DNA of 64,000 nucleotides from Octopus sinensis (Eukaryota), in NCBI RefSeq assembly GCF_006345805.1, contig NC_043019.1, positions 1,116,001 through 1,180,000 of the forward strand. Reading direction: 5' to 3'. Below, in pieces: positions 12,712 through 24,055 of the stretch; within the stretch, counting starts at the first letter, position 1; each line of letters opens with the position of its first letter. The notes below the pieces were generated by a model. The model saw nothing but the letters and a program-made list of their open reading frames with translations. It was not told where the DNA came from and made no database searches. The translations under genes and the position numbers were made by a program.

Positions 12712-12960
12712 GTAAAATTAATATGTGTCAATTATTCGGTAGCCATGATAAAATTCCGAGTTTTTTGGACGGCCGGATAAATGAAGAGATGGTGACGTGG
12801 ATTTCCGCCCCGAAATCCGAAACTCGGAATTTTATCATGGCTACCGAATAATTGACACATATTAATTTTACAGATAAATTCCTCTGTTTACATAATATCG
12901 AGTTTTATTTCATTCTCTTGTTGTCTTACCATTCCTATCAATATATCAAAATGTGACCGC
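12707..12960 (+). mobile_element. Fold-back element: perfect 57-bp inverted repeats (12707-12763 / 12820-12876) enclosing a degenerate hammerhead core
   Basis: Arms are exact reverse complements. Motif at 12776-12836: gataa AUGAAGA gat..atc c GAAA ctc-g-gaa UU ttatc (C3 mutated). Confidence 0.85.
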
Positions 12961-13149
12961 GTGTGTACCGTTGGCGATTTTTTTCCCTTCGTCTTCCCTT
13001 CTTTGGATCTTTCCTTTTACTATGTTTCTGACGAAGAGCTCCACTCGAATCGTTAAACCCGCCTTCTCTCTTTCCTCTCCTGAGCGTCCAATAATACTAT
13101 ACTTGTTCCACGTCCTCGCGTTGTTGTGTTTTCAAGTTTGGATTAACTT

Positions 13150-13150
<1 letters not shown>
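12960..13150 (+). mobile_element. PLE pseudo-LTR-like repeat with a near-intact type I hammerhead at 13024-13058
   Basis: gttt CUGACGA a gagc-ucc-acuc GAAU cg UU aaac. Stem I gttt/aaac; one core change (GAAA to GAAU). Confidence 0.7.
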
Positions 13151-13243
<93 letters not shown>

Positions 13244-13329
13244 TATATAGTTTGCACTAAAGGAAAAGAAAACACAGTATTTGAAAAGTATTCTGACAAA
13301 ATACAGAAACTGTAAAATCGACTGTGGCT

Positions 13330-14440
13330 GGAAAACAATAGTTTATTGTAAAGCAGTAACCCTCAGCTTCTTCCACGGACTCAAAGCGGTTTAGATCCTA
13401 GCTCGGGTGTTCCTCACCGTATCCCTGGGAAGATCTTACAAGATGTCCATGATCTTCTCCACCAGCATTTTGTTGTAGGCAGAGTAGTTGGTGTGGTTCT
13501 CAACTGCACTCGGCACCTAGTAATCGATAGGAAGCCAATCAGGGGAATTAGAAATCCTGAAATTGTGGCTGGTGAAGTGGAAGAAATTCTACGATAATCA
13601 CAGCTGATAATAATGGAGCTGAAACTACTTTCATATATAAGCTCTCGAACAACCATTTTCCCAGCCAAGTTTTGAACGTAGTCCCCAGAAGCTTCTCGTA
13701 GCCGTCTGCATTGAGCCTGAATTTCTTGACATACAGTTGTTGCATGAATTCCGGAGTGAGCACGCAGTACCTACGCCTGCGGTTTGACTTCCAGCTGATC
13801 ACGGGTTGGTAGTCACCGATGCAGTAGCGCCTGTCGCGTCGTATACCTATTTCTTTACTACCCACAAGGGACTAAACACAGAGAGGAAAAACAAGGACAG
13901 ACAAAGGGATTAAGTCGATTACATCGACCCCAGTGCGTAACTGGTACTTATTTAATCGACCCCGAAAGGACGAAAGGCAAAGTCGACCTCGGCGGAATTT
14001 GAACTCAGAACGTACCGGCAGACGAAATACCTATTTCTGTTTACTACCCACAAGGGGCTAAACACAGAGAGGACAAACAAGGACAGACAAAGGGATTAAG
14101 TCGATTACATCCACCCCAGTGCGTAACTGGTACTTATTCAATCGACCCCGAAAGGACGAAAGGCAAAGTCGACCTCGGCGGAATTTGAACTCAGAACGTA
14201 ACGGCAGACGAAATACCACAAAGCATTTCGCCCGGCGTGCTAACGAGTCTGCCAGGTCGCCGCGTCGTATACCGTTTACCGTGTCCACAACGCATTCAAC
14301 AGTAATCATGATGTCGGCAATTTGATATCAGGTGCGAATCATTATGATGCAGGTAATTCTTTCCCAATGTTCAATGGAATACTGTAACGTGAAGCTCAGT
14401 ACATGTGTGACAAAAATTAAATGCTCCTAAGTTGAAACCC
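13330..14440 (-). mobile_element. Second degenerate maT-like transposon, interrupted by a SINE dimer
   Basis: Remnants FRLNADGYEKLL, NSPDWLPIDY and DLPRDTVRN; an N-terminal-like segment continues beyond the SINE at 14274-14440. Confidence 0.7.
13848..14260 (-). mobile_element. SINE A dimer (one full copy plus one head-less unit)
   Basis: 13-bp TSD cgcgtcgtatacc at 13835-13847 and 14261-14273; internal junction gaaatac|ctatttc at 14030. Confidence 0.93.
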
Positions 14441-14676
14441 CTTTTTCTTTTCATATATATGCTAATATATAATTGGATTAGGGTTGAAAAAAAAAAGAAA
14501 TAACTACACAACACTGAAATAGTCTTGTGCCTTGCTATAAATATAAAGCTTTTTAAAATCTACATTCAAGTCGTTGCCACCGCATGGTAATGGTCTTACC
14601 ACTGAAACATGTAAAAAGTAAAGGCTTTAAGACAAAAGGTATCTCAAATCTATTTTTCTGCACTTCATTAACTGCC

Positions 14677-15260
14677 GGATCTTTTCGGTTTGAACGGCAG
14701 TTTTTAACATAATTTCTAGGTGCAGAAATCGAACTCATTACCTCATCATTATAAGCCCGACGCTTTAACTATGAAGCCATGCACTTATAAGTGTAGTTTA
14801 AGCCTAGATTCGTTAGGGGATCATTTTGGTTTGACCGGCAATTTTTTTAAATAATTTCCACGTAACTAAACACTTTTAAACTTCGTATACTGGTAGAATG
14901 TGTTTATAAAACATCTTTTTCTCTTGGCTTTATTGAGAAAATTCTATAGTTTGTAAGATATTTGTTGTTTTTTTTCTTCAATTTATGCATTTTCAACTAA
15001 TCAATTACGTCCATCGAGGTAAAAAAAACAACTTTCTGCGCCGTATGAATATGTCCCTCGTTTAAGAAACAGATTGGGTTTATTTACATTTCTGAAGAAA
15101 AAAAGATACCCTTCCCCACCCCTATCCCTAACCCTAACCCTAACTAACCCTAACACTAAAACTGATTGAAATGCAATAGATCGATACTAGGGTTATAATT
15201 ATGGGTGACAATTTCATATGACACCGCTAGAAAAAAATGCCGTTCAAGCCGAAAAGATCC
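14677..15260. mobile_element. MITE-like element with ~28-bp terminal inverted repeats and internal (TAACCC)n
   Basis: Left ends ggatcttttcggtttgaacggca (14677) and ggatcattttggtttgaccggca (14818); right end tgccgttcaagccgaaaagatcc (to 15260); cctaaccctaaccctaac at ~15126-15155. Confidence 0.75.
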
Positions 15261-15920
15261 TTACTGCCAAATAAAACACTAGAAATAATTCACTTCTAAA
15301 GCTAGTCAGAGAAAGCATTTACTTCATCACTGAAGCTACTGGAAATAGCAACCAAATACTTGTATAAAACGATGCTCTGCTGTCTTTCTGAAGGATATAT
15401 TGGATTATGCTGTCTGCCATAAATTATTCTATATAATATAATAGAATCCGAATAAGCTAGTGTCAGTCTATATCGATGAATAGGATTACAATAAATTTTA
15501 CTTTCATAATACAAGCTGCAAAATTGCTGTTTAGACGTGACTGGAATATCTTTGACTATCCGTTGTCTGGAACTTAGACAGCGAAATACCAGATGAATAT
15601 TTTCCAAAGTTCACGCAAAGATATATTGAGAAAAACACACCCCTAGGAAACGTCAGAGAGTGCAGTCTGGGATATGCAATGACAGTTGAAGAAACAACTG
15701 AATTGCAACCATTGATAGAGCATCCATCGTTATACACATGAATTCACCTAAGAAGAGGACAAAAGGCTTACCTCGAGCCATTGTCACATAAGGCCGATAG
15801 GGCCGGTTTCCCAGATTCTACGGCGTATATATGTAAGAGTGTGTGTGTGAGAGAGAGAGAGAGAAATTGTTTGTGAGTGTGTGTGTACTTATGTAAATAC
15901 ATGTGTATATGTATATTGTA

Positions 15921-16042
<122 letters not shown>

Positions 16043-16046
16043 TATA

Positions 16047-16089
<43 letters not shown>

Positions 16090-16099
<10 letters not shown>

Positions 16100-16418
16100 A
16101 ATTAAGGACTGAACACGAAAAGTGGACAGTCAACATGCTAGATATAGACGTCAAATCGCCATTTTCCACAAAGGGTATGTTCTCAAAATATAAAATTCAG
16201 CACAAACCAAAAGCAATAAATAAGACAAATGAAAAATATACTAAAGGAATAATCTTATTTCTTTTAGTATATTTTTCATTTGTCTTATTTATTGCTTTTG
16301 GTTTGTGCTGAATTTTATTTTTTGAGAACATACCCTTTGTGGAAAATGCCGATTTGACGTCTATATCTAGCATGTTGACTGTCCACTTTTCGTCTTCAGT
16401 CCTTAATTGGTATATATA
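16090..16418. repeat. Long hairpin: 156-bp arms, 17-nt loop, 3 mismatches
   Basis: 16090-16245 versus the reverse complement of 16263-16418, aligned by eye. Confidence 0.96.
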
Positions 16419-16600
16419 AATATTTTAATCTCCGGATTCTTCTTAATATGCTAGACCACTGGTTTTAATTGACTAATATCAATTTCTACCCTTCATTTTT
16501 AATATATATATATATGTATATATATGAGTGTGTATAAATAGAAAAGTTACTTCTAAATCACTCAACCAGAGACATTCATTAACAGTACTCTAGAGTAAAG

Positions 16601-16854
16601 ATTCTGTTGTGTCTGGGGAGAGTCATTTTCTTTTTGTGCCTTATTATGTAACACATTCACCGGTAAAATTTTCACTTTTTTCTTATTTTTATTGTCCTAA
16701 AATTTTCGTTGGATCTTGCAACCTTTTCAATAGTTTTGACTCTCTAAAAAAATTTTAGGACAATAAAAATAAGAAAAAAGTGGAAATTTTACCGGTGAGT
16801 GTGTTACATAATAAGGCACAAAAAGAAAATGGCTCTCCCCAGACACAACAGAAT
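16601..16854. repeat. Long hairpin: 106-bp arms, 42-nt spacer containing a degenerate minus-strand hammerhead core
   Basis: 16601-16706 versus the reverse complement of 16749-16854, 3 mismatches. The spacer on the minus strand reads cta UUGAAAA g gttg-caagatc-caac GAAA auuu uag. Confidence 0.93.
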
Positions 16855-17327
16855 ATGCTTCAACACACGAACTCATATAAAGAATCTTGCAAACCAAATC
16901 CAAAAACGAAATAGAGTAAAGATTATTTCCCAATATTATGTGACAGTCCAGGTCAGGGGGATTGTTACTGTTATTTCGCCCGATTGTCTCCAGTGATGTT
17001 TCCTGGGGCTAAATAACAGTAACATTCGTACTAACCAGGGCTGCTACATTGTATTGGTAAATAATCTTTACTCTGTGTGAATATATGTGCGTGTGTGTGC
17101 GTGTGCCTGTGTGTGTGTGTGTGTATAAATGCCTCCTGGAGAGAATGATCATTGCTGCATCATCTTTGAATACAGATCTGTTTGATAGAAGATGACGTGT
17201 GACAAACAACTGCAACAACAAGGTTGTAGTTAAAAAAAAATGTAGTTTACGATGAATAATCTATATTATAATTGCGCTATATACGTCTCTGTGTGTGCCT
17301 GTATCAAATACCAATCACATGGTATGT

Positions 17328-17437
17328 GTTCAGTTCCGCTGCGTGGCATCTTTGGCAAGTTTCTTCTAAAATCGCCTCGGATCAACCAAAACCCTGTGAG
17401 TGGATTTGGTAGATGGAAACTGAAAAGAAGCCCGTCG

Positions 17438-17469
<32 letters not shown>

Positions 17470-17683
17470 TATATGTCAGTGTGTTTGCGTTTGTCCTCCC
17501 AGCATCGCTTGGCAACCGATGCTGGTGTGTTTAGTTCCCTGTAACGTATCGGTTCAGCAAAAGAGACCGATAGAATAAGTACTAGGCGTACAAAGAATAA
17601 GTCCTGGGGTCGATTTGCTCGAATAAAGTCGGTGCTCCAGCATGGCCACAGTCACATGACTGAAACAAGTAAAGGGGTAAAAG
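17328..17683 (+). mobile_element. SINE family B
   Basis: gctgcgtggcatctttggcaag...ggtgctccagcatggccacagtcacatgactgaaacaagtaaa. Confidence 0.88.
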
Positions 17684-17859
17684 ACCAAAAAGAGAGTGGA
17701 TAGTAAACTCCTCCGCAACCACTGGACAGATTTCGACCAAACAGAATAGAAAGGAACCAACAGGAAGATCATTGAGGCAATATCTTCCGAGTAAAGACCT
17801 GTTTGATCAATGATGACGTTTGACTAAACAACGATAGCAGCAACCACAATAACAATAGC

Positions 17860-18641
17860 TATTTCTTTATTACCCATAAGGGGCTAAACATAGAGGGGGC
17901 AAACGAGGACAGACATAGGTATTAAGTCGATTACATCGACCCCAGTGCGTAACTGGTACTTAATTTATCAACCCCGAAAGGATGAAAGGCAAAGTTGACC
18001 TCGGCGGAATTTGAACTCAAACGTAACGGCAGACGAAATACCTATTTCTTTACTACCCTCAAGGGGCTAAACACAGAGGAGACAAACAAGGACAGACAAA
18101 CGGATTAAGTCGGTTATATCGACCCCAAGGTGTAACTGGTACTTAATTTATCGACCCCGAAAGGATGAAAGGCAAAGTCGACCTCTGCGGAATTTGAACT
18201 CAGAACGTAACGGCAGACGAAATACCTATTTCTTTACTACCCTCAAGGGGCTAAACACAGAGGAGACAAACAAGGACAGACAAACGGATTAAGTCGGTTA
18301 TATCGACCCCAAGGTGTAACTGGTACTTAATTTATCGACCCCGAAAGGATGAAAGGCAAAGTCGACCTCGGCGGAATTTGAACTCAGAACGTAACGGCAG
18401 ACGAAATACCTATTTCTTTACTACCCTCAAGGGGCTAAACACAGAGGAGACAAACAAGGACAGACAAACGGATTAAGTCGGTTATATCGACCCCAAGGTG
18501 TAACTGGTACTTAATTTATCGACCCCGAAAGGATGAAAGGGAAAGTCGACCTCGGCAGAATTTAAACTCAGAACGTAACGGCAAACGAAATACCGCTAAG
18601 CATTTCCCCCGGCGTGCTAACGATTCTGCCAGCTCACCACC
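17860..18641 (-). mobile_element. SINE A tetramer (one head, 184-bp period)
   Basis: Junctions gaaatac|ctatttc at 18041, 18225 and 18409; probable TSD acaataacaatagc at 17846-17859 and 18647-18660. Confidence 0.93.
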
Positions 18642-20577
18642 TTCGAACAATAACAATAGCAACAGCATACTCTTGGTCTTTGAGTAATCTTCATTGCAGG
18701 CCATTGTTCTCTCTCTCATTCTTCAACGTAATTTACCATATCGACCATATCATGAGTTCTCTCTGATAATATAATAAGGTGAATTTTATTTTATTAGGAA
18801 ACACCTGGTTTTACAAATTATTCAATTTATTCATTGTTGATAGCCACATGATAAAAACACAAACTATATTTCTTAATTTGCCTAAATAATATCTTCTTCA
18901 ATCCTGCACAGAATATGTCCCTTGTTACGTAAAGGAATAAACACAGACTCCCAATCGCACAAAAAACTTTATCTTTTCGTCCTCTCTCTCTCTAGTGCTG
19001 TCTCTCTCTCTCTCTCTCTCTCTCTCTAGTGCTCTCTCTTCCCTTCTAGTACTCTATCTCTCTCTCTCTCTTTCACATACATATGTACACATTTATATGC
19101 GCATACAGACAGAATATGTTATTCATTATCATAAAATGTTATAGTATACTTGACGGAAAGTCCTGAATATCAAGCAGGTTTCCGCGAATCTGAACTAATT
19201 CGGTTACTAAGTGATAAGAAAGGGGAAGATATTATTCAGATATTTGCTAAAATTCAAATGAAGCTTTATTTATTTATTTATTTACGTATTTATTTATTTA
19301 TTTATTTACGTATTTATTTATTCATTCACTTATTTATATTCAAATTTGCGAACGATAACATTGTTTGTTCTAGGGTCTCAACGTGCCAAAATTTAGTTTG
19401 TTTAGTTTTGCACCATTTGCATTTTTCACCAGTTTATACCGAAGTCAGTTATTCCCACGCATACACACACATAGGCAAACGTACAATTCCATTCATTTAT
19501 TCATTCAATATCCATTCTCCCGCCTATCCAAACATTCATCCATCATTCCATCTATCCATCCATCCATACATACATACATGCATTCGCATATACATACATA
19601 CATATATGCATACATACATACTTATATATATAGAGATGAGTTCACAAACATATATCAATATACCTGCATTCCTGCATAACTAGAGCCCTTGGACTGGAAT
19701 TAGAAAACAGGATATATACATACACACCTTCATATATTTACATACATACACGAACGCACGCACGCACGCACACAGATAAATCCTCTATACTGAGTGATGA
19801 TAAAGTATAGACAGATTTTTGGAGTCCAATATTACCCTGTTTGCCTATTTGATTATGAAGATTTACAAACATACTTTCTCAGTGAAACTCAATATGCCTA
19901 CTATTATAAATAATACCAAATGTTCTTTTACGGACTCTTCATAATGTGATACAAGTCTTTGGTGTAGTAAATGAAGAGGGCTTTAAGCTATCTGTTATGT
20001 CAATTATACATTGATGTAAGAATAAGTTGTTTTATAAAGCTCGAAACGTGTACCGCGACATCCTTTGTGTTCTGTTTTTTATTTCATTTGATACATATAT
20101 CCTCTCACCTCTGCTACTAGCTGGCATATACAGATGCTTATACTTATCAAGTATTTACCCTGAATTTATTGTATATGTATATATGTATTTAAGTGTAGAA
20201 TATTTTTTGCTCATACACGAGATTTGTGCTTATAGATCGATGGTCAAACCATTCTCCGTTATGTCAATAATATGCGTCCAGAAAATCAACAGCCTCTTGT
20301 AGAAGGAGCTAACAGAACCTTACTTGAGCGTTGCGGAATTGAGGGGAACGAACCGCACCTGAACGTAAAGCTGATTAACGTAAAGCTTAGTTCAAACTGA
20401 GGTCATCCGAAGACCAATAAGTCTTATCGATGTGGAGTCAACCAGCCCCTGGTGATTACGAGGAGGGCAGTATATAAAGTTTTAAAGCATCGTGAATGTG
20501 TACATTAAGTCATGTTACTTCCTCCCTGATATAAGTTTGGACGACATTCATCGTGTGAGAGCAGCGGAACGATCAAA

Positions 20578-20778
20578 ATGTTAAACCTGACGGAGTGCAT
20601 TGGAGAACACCTGATCCATCAGCTCCGGGAGTGTCATTCCAAAGTTTATGACCAACTCGCAGCAAATCAGGAATACCTGTATCTATTCTCAGAGGCAATT
20701 TCACACGCAGTTAGGCTTAAGCAAATGCTGCAAGAAACCCGACAGCCAAGTATATTAACAAGAACCTGTATAACTTAG
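20578..20778 (+). CDS. Candidate 66-aa small ORF of unknown function
   Basis: aaaATG start, non-repetitive helical-looking sequence, TATATAAAG at 20471. No homology recognised. Confidence 0.2.
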   Translation: MLNLTECIGEHLIHQLRECHSKVYDQLAANQEYLYLFSEAISHAVRLKQMLQETRQPSILTRTCIT

Positions 20779-22533
20779 ATAACTTAGATAACTTAGATAT
20801 GTTTCGACCAAAGATTGGTCCAGGCCATGTCTAACTTAATAGCACCACCTGATAGGATTATTCGAATCCTGTTTAAGTCAAGTTTTGTTTAAATCGAATT
20901 ACAATGGCTTATGCCATCACTATTTCAAACTTTGTGAATCGAATGCAAATCTCAGAAAGGAACATTATTACAACACAAATCCGTTTAAAGGAGTGAAATG
21001 CAAAACATTAGTTTACACTATAATCGTGTATTCCAACATTTCAGATTTAAAATTCTTCTTATATCAATAAGGATTCTGAGAGTAATCCTTATTTGTGGTT
21101 TGTATGCGCAGATTTACAACGTGTAATGATTGATATTGTTTAATTAGCCACCTAGAGTCGCGTAAATAGACTTCATTGTTTAAGGTATATGATGTCTTGA
21201 CTCTGATTTCTTTATGTCAGGTTGTTAGAGATTTGTTTCTAATTTACACGATAATCGTGTGTACGTGCTTGTTTGCATGTCAGTGACGATAATGTGATTA
21301 TCATTAATATCATGTGTCACGTTATTTAAATCCGTATATATAGTTTATTGATTGAGCAAGTGGCCAGAATGGATTTCCTCGGGTGAACCCAGAAGTACGC
21401 TGTGTATATTCAGTCCCCTTTTTACCAATCATCCGTTAGATTGAAGCAGTGATTTGACCATCAAAGTGCAGTAGCTTCAGAAGCCAAGAGTTGTGGGGAC
21501 CAGCAGTGCTTTTTCGAAGTTTATAAGGGCTGTATCTGGTAAAGAATAGCCGTTAGCCGTGATCGATTACCACCTTTTGAAATCACTTGTTACTGGCGGT
21601 GTTATGCACAGGTTCGCTGCAAGCATTCTCTCTCTATGCGGGAAATGGCACTGAATTGTAACGCACAAAATACAACGATGCCACTATCAATATTTTGGTG
21701 ACCGACGTTAGTGATGTTGTGTTCGAAATCTCGCAGGAATGGAAGCTAAAGAGAAAGAGAATATTTGTGACTGCGAGAGAAAGAAAAAGAGTGAGACAGG
21801 AAGAAATGAAATAAACGAGAGAGCATTACCGTTTAAATGTCGTTGAAATTTTATATTTCCAAGTCTCTCTGGTAGTCTTTGTCATTAATTATATAGGTCA
21901 TCTGTTTTCCGTCGGAATGTGAGAATCAGAATTCTCACATTCGGCGCATCTATAGAAGGCGCAGGAAAAGCAGATGTTTCTTGTCAGGTGTTTTACAATG
22001 TTCGCTTTCCTAATGTTTAGTATAACCGGTAGATTCACTTCCGTCGGTAAACAAAACGACTTTCCGTTGATCAACTTAGAAAATAGAAATTGGTATTGTT
22101 CAGAAACGCGTCGGAAGCAGAATAAATAAAGCCAACGCAATGGAGTTTATAAAGCATGAAACGGGTATTCTTTATAAGTTTTGCGGTTGGTGAAGCCAGT
22201 ATAGATGCGTATCGTGAAATGAAATCGAACTTAGCATAATGATCATGTTGGAAATGGTATGCATCCTGGTCAGGATTAGAGTATTGATCTAAGGACTTTT
22301 GACAGGAGTCAGGATTTTTTAAATATATATTCTTCATGCTAGAATCGAGTGGTCAGATCTCTATCTTGAATACTTAGTGCACCTTAATGATATACATACA
22401 TATATAAATACACACACACACACAGACACAAGCACACAAACATATACATACATCTGTATGTTCAAAAGGTGGTGTAACATTTTGCTTAACATTAGTGCAC
22501 CGCCCAATATAGATATAGATGTTCATCATAATA

Positions 22534-22790
22534 GCGCAATCACCGTGGGAGCAGGGACAGCCGAGGAGGGACGGATTCGGTCAGCGGAGCAGAAACGTCA
22601 GATGCGTAAAGCCAGAGCCGCCTGCACCAGTAGCACGGCCCCTACCCACTTCTGCCCCCACCTGTGGGAGGGGCTTCCTTGCCCGGATTGGCCTCACCAG
22701 CCATCTCAGGTCTCATGGCGGCAGTTCCATCAGATGATGTCAGTTGGTCATCTTCGAACCGAAGGACGAACATTATTATTATTATAATAG
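22534..22790 (+). mobile_element. 3' end of an RTE-clade (BovB-like) LINE with (TAT)n tail
   Basis: AEQKRQMRKARA...HFCP/TCGRGFLARIGLTSHLRSH C2H2-like terminus across a frameshift; GC-rich compared with flanks. Confidence 0.85.
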
Positions 22791-23869
22791 TATTTATGAT
22801 AATTTCTAGCTAACTATGGGTGAGGGTAGTGATGTCTTTATTAATAAGAGAGTTCGTTTGGTAGCGCATTAGATGCGTTCTTATCGATAGCATATAATTG
22901 TTTCCTTTGGTTTGAAAATAGAAATATGATATCCTTCATTCGTAGTTTGAGTGGTAAGTAATTGCCAGCGTGAGAGAAACTAAGATGAGAAGATAAAGTA
23001 TACAAACTTTGCGATTGAGCAATTAAATTCGGAGGTGTTATATCTGGGTTGACCAGATAATATATAGGCAACCCTGTTTGGGCGTTGGTGAATTTGTAAG
23101 CAAAAAATACTTGTTATTTGTGAGCAGATTATACTTGACACTAAGTTTTTCTTGAGCAATACCTACAATTTGGGTTAAGGTAAATTTAAAGTTGAGATTT
23201 ACTAGTTATAATTAAATGTCTCAAATGAAACCGCTTAGATGTGTGATAAATGATTATCTACGAATGATAGAGGAAGAGATATATCCGGAGTCAAGCGTGA
23301 TCTATTAAACAACATATATATTCCTACGACTATTTCTACTTTGTTATTTCTCCTAAGGCCATCTCACGAATATCTTAAGGATTTATATTATCTAAAATAT
23401 ATTTTGTTTATTGCAGAGGACACTGCGTGATTTGAGAGTGATTTCACTGCAGAGTCGGCAAGACTAATAATGATTCTGTTTTTGTTGAATATTTCTATTT
23501 AACAGATGATTAAAGAAATTATGATCAAAACATATTCCAGCGAAAACCATTCAATCTTTTTTTATTTAAACAGAGTTAATACTATGGACTATGGAGTTGG
23601 TATATCACTGTAACAGGCATGTAGGACCAAGGCATTTGTTCAAAATAACTTCGTAAGCAGGAGGAAGTGGTCGACCGGACCAGTGTGGATGTTTCGTTCA
23701 GATTGCTTGAGTGACTGCTTACTCTTTTTGATACATCAAAAAGATACCCCTTATAAGTCATTAGATAACACAACAGTAATATGATATTCACAGTGTCGTG
23801 TTATACATTTGTAGAGTGTGATATGAAGAAATACAAGAAACATTGGTTTCAAATACTGGCACAAGGCCA

Positions 23870-24055
23870 GCAATCTCAAGGAGAGAGTTAATCGATTACA
23901 TCGACCCCAGTCCTCAAGTGGAACTTATTTTATGGACTCCGAAAGGATGAAAGCAAAGACGATGCCGGGGCTATTTGAACTCAGGACGTAAAGTCGGAAT
24001 GCTCATAATAATTTCGTCCGTGCGGAAACGATTTCTACCAGCTTGCCTGCTTAAT
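23870..24055 (-). mobile_element. Degenerate SINE A-related copy
   Basis: tcgattacatcgaccccagt...ccgaaaggatgaaagc...tttgaactcagg...ctaccagcttgcc. Confidence 0.75.

Noticed and set aside
22060-22125. Hammerhead at gaaacgcgtcgg
   Set aside because: The upstream core is ttgatca and no stem II can be formed; at best a very old remnant.
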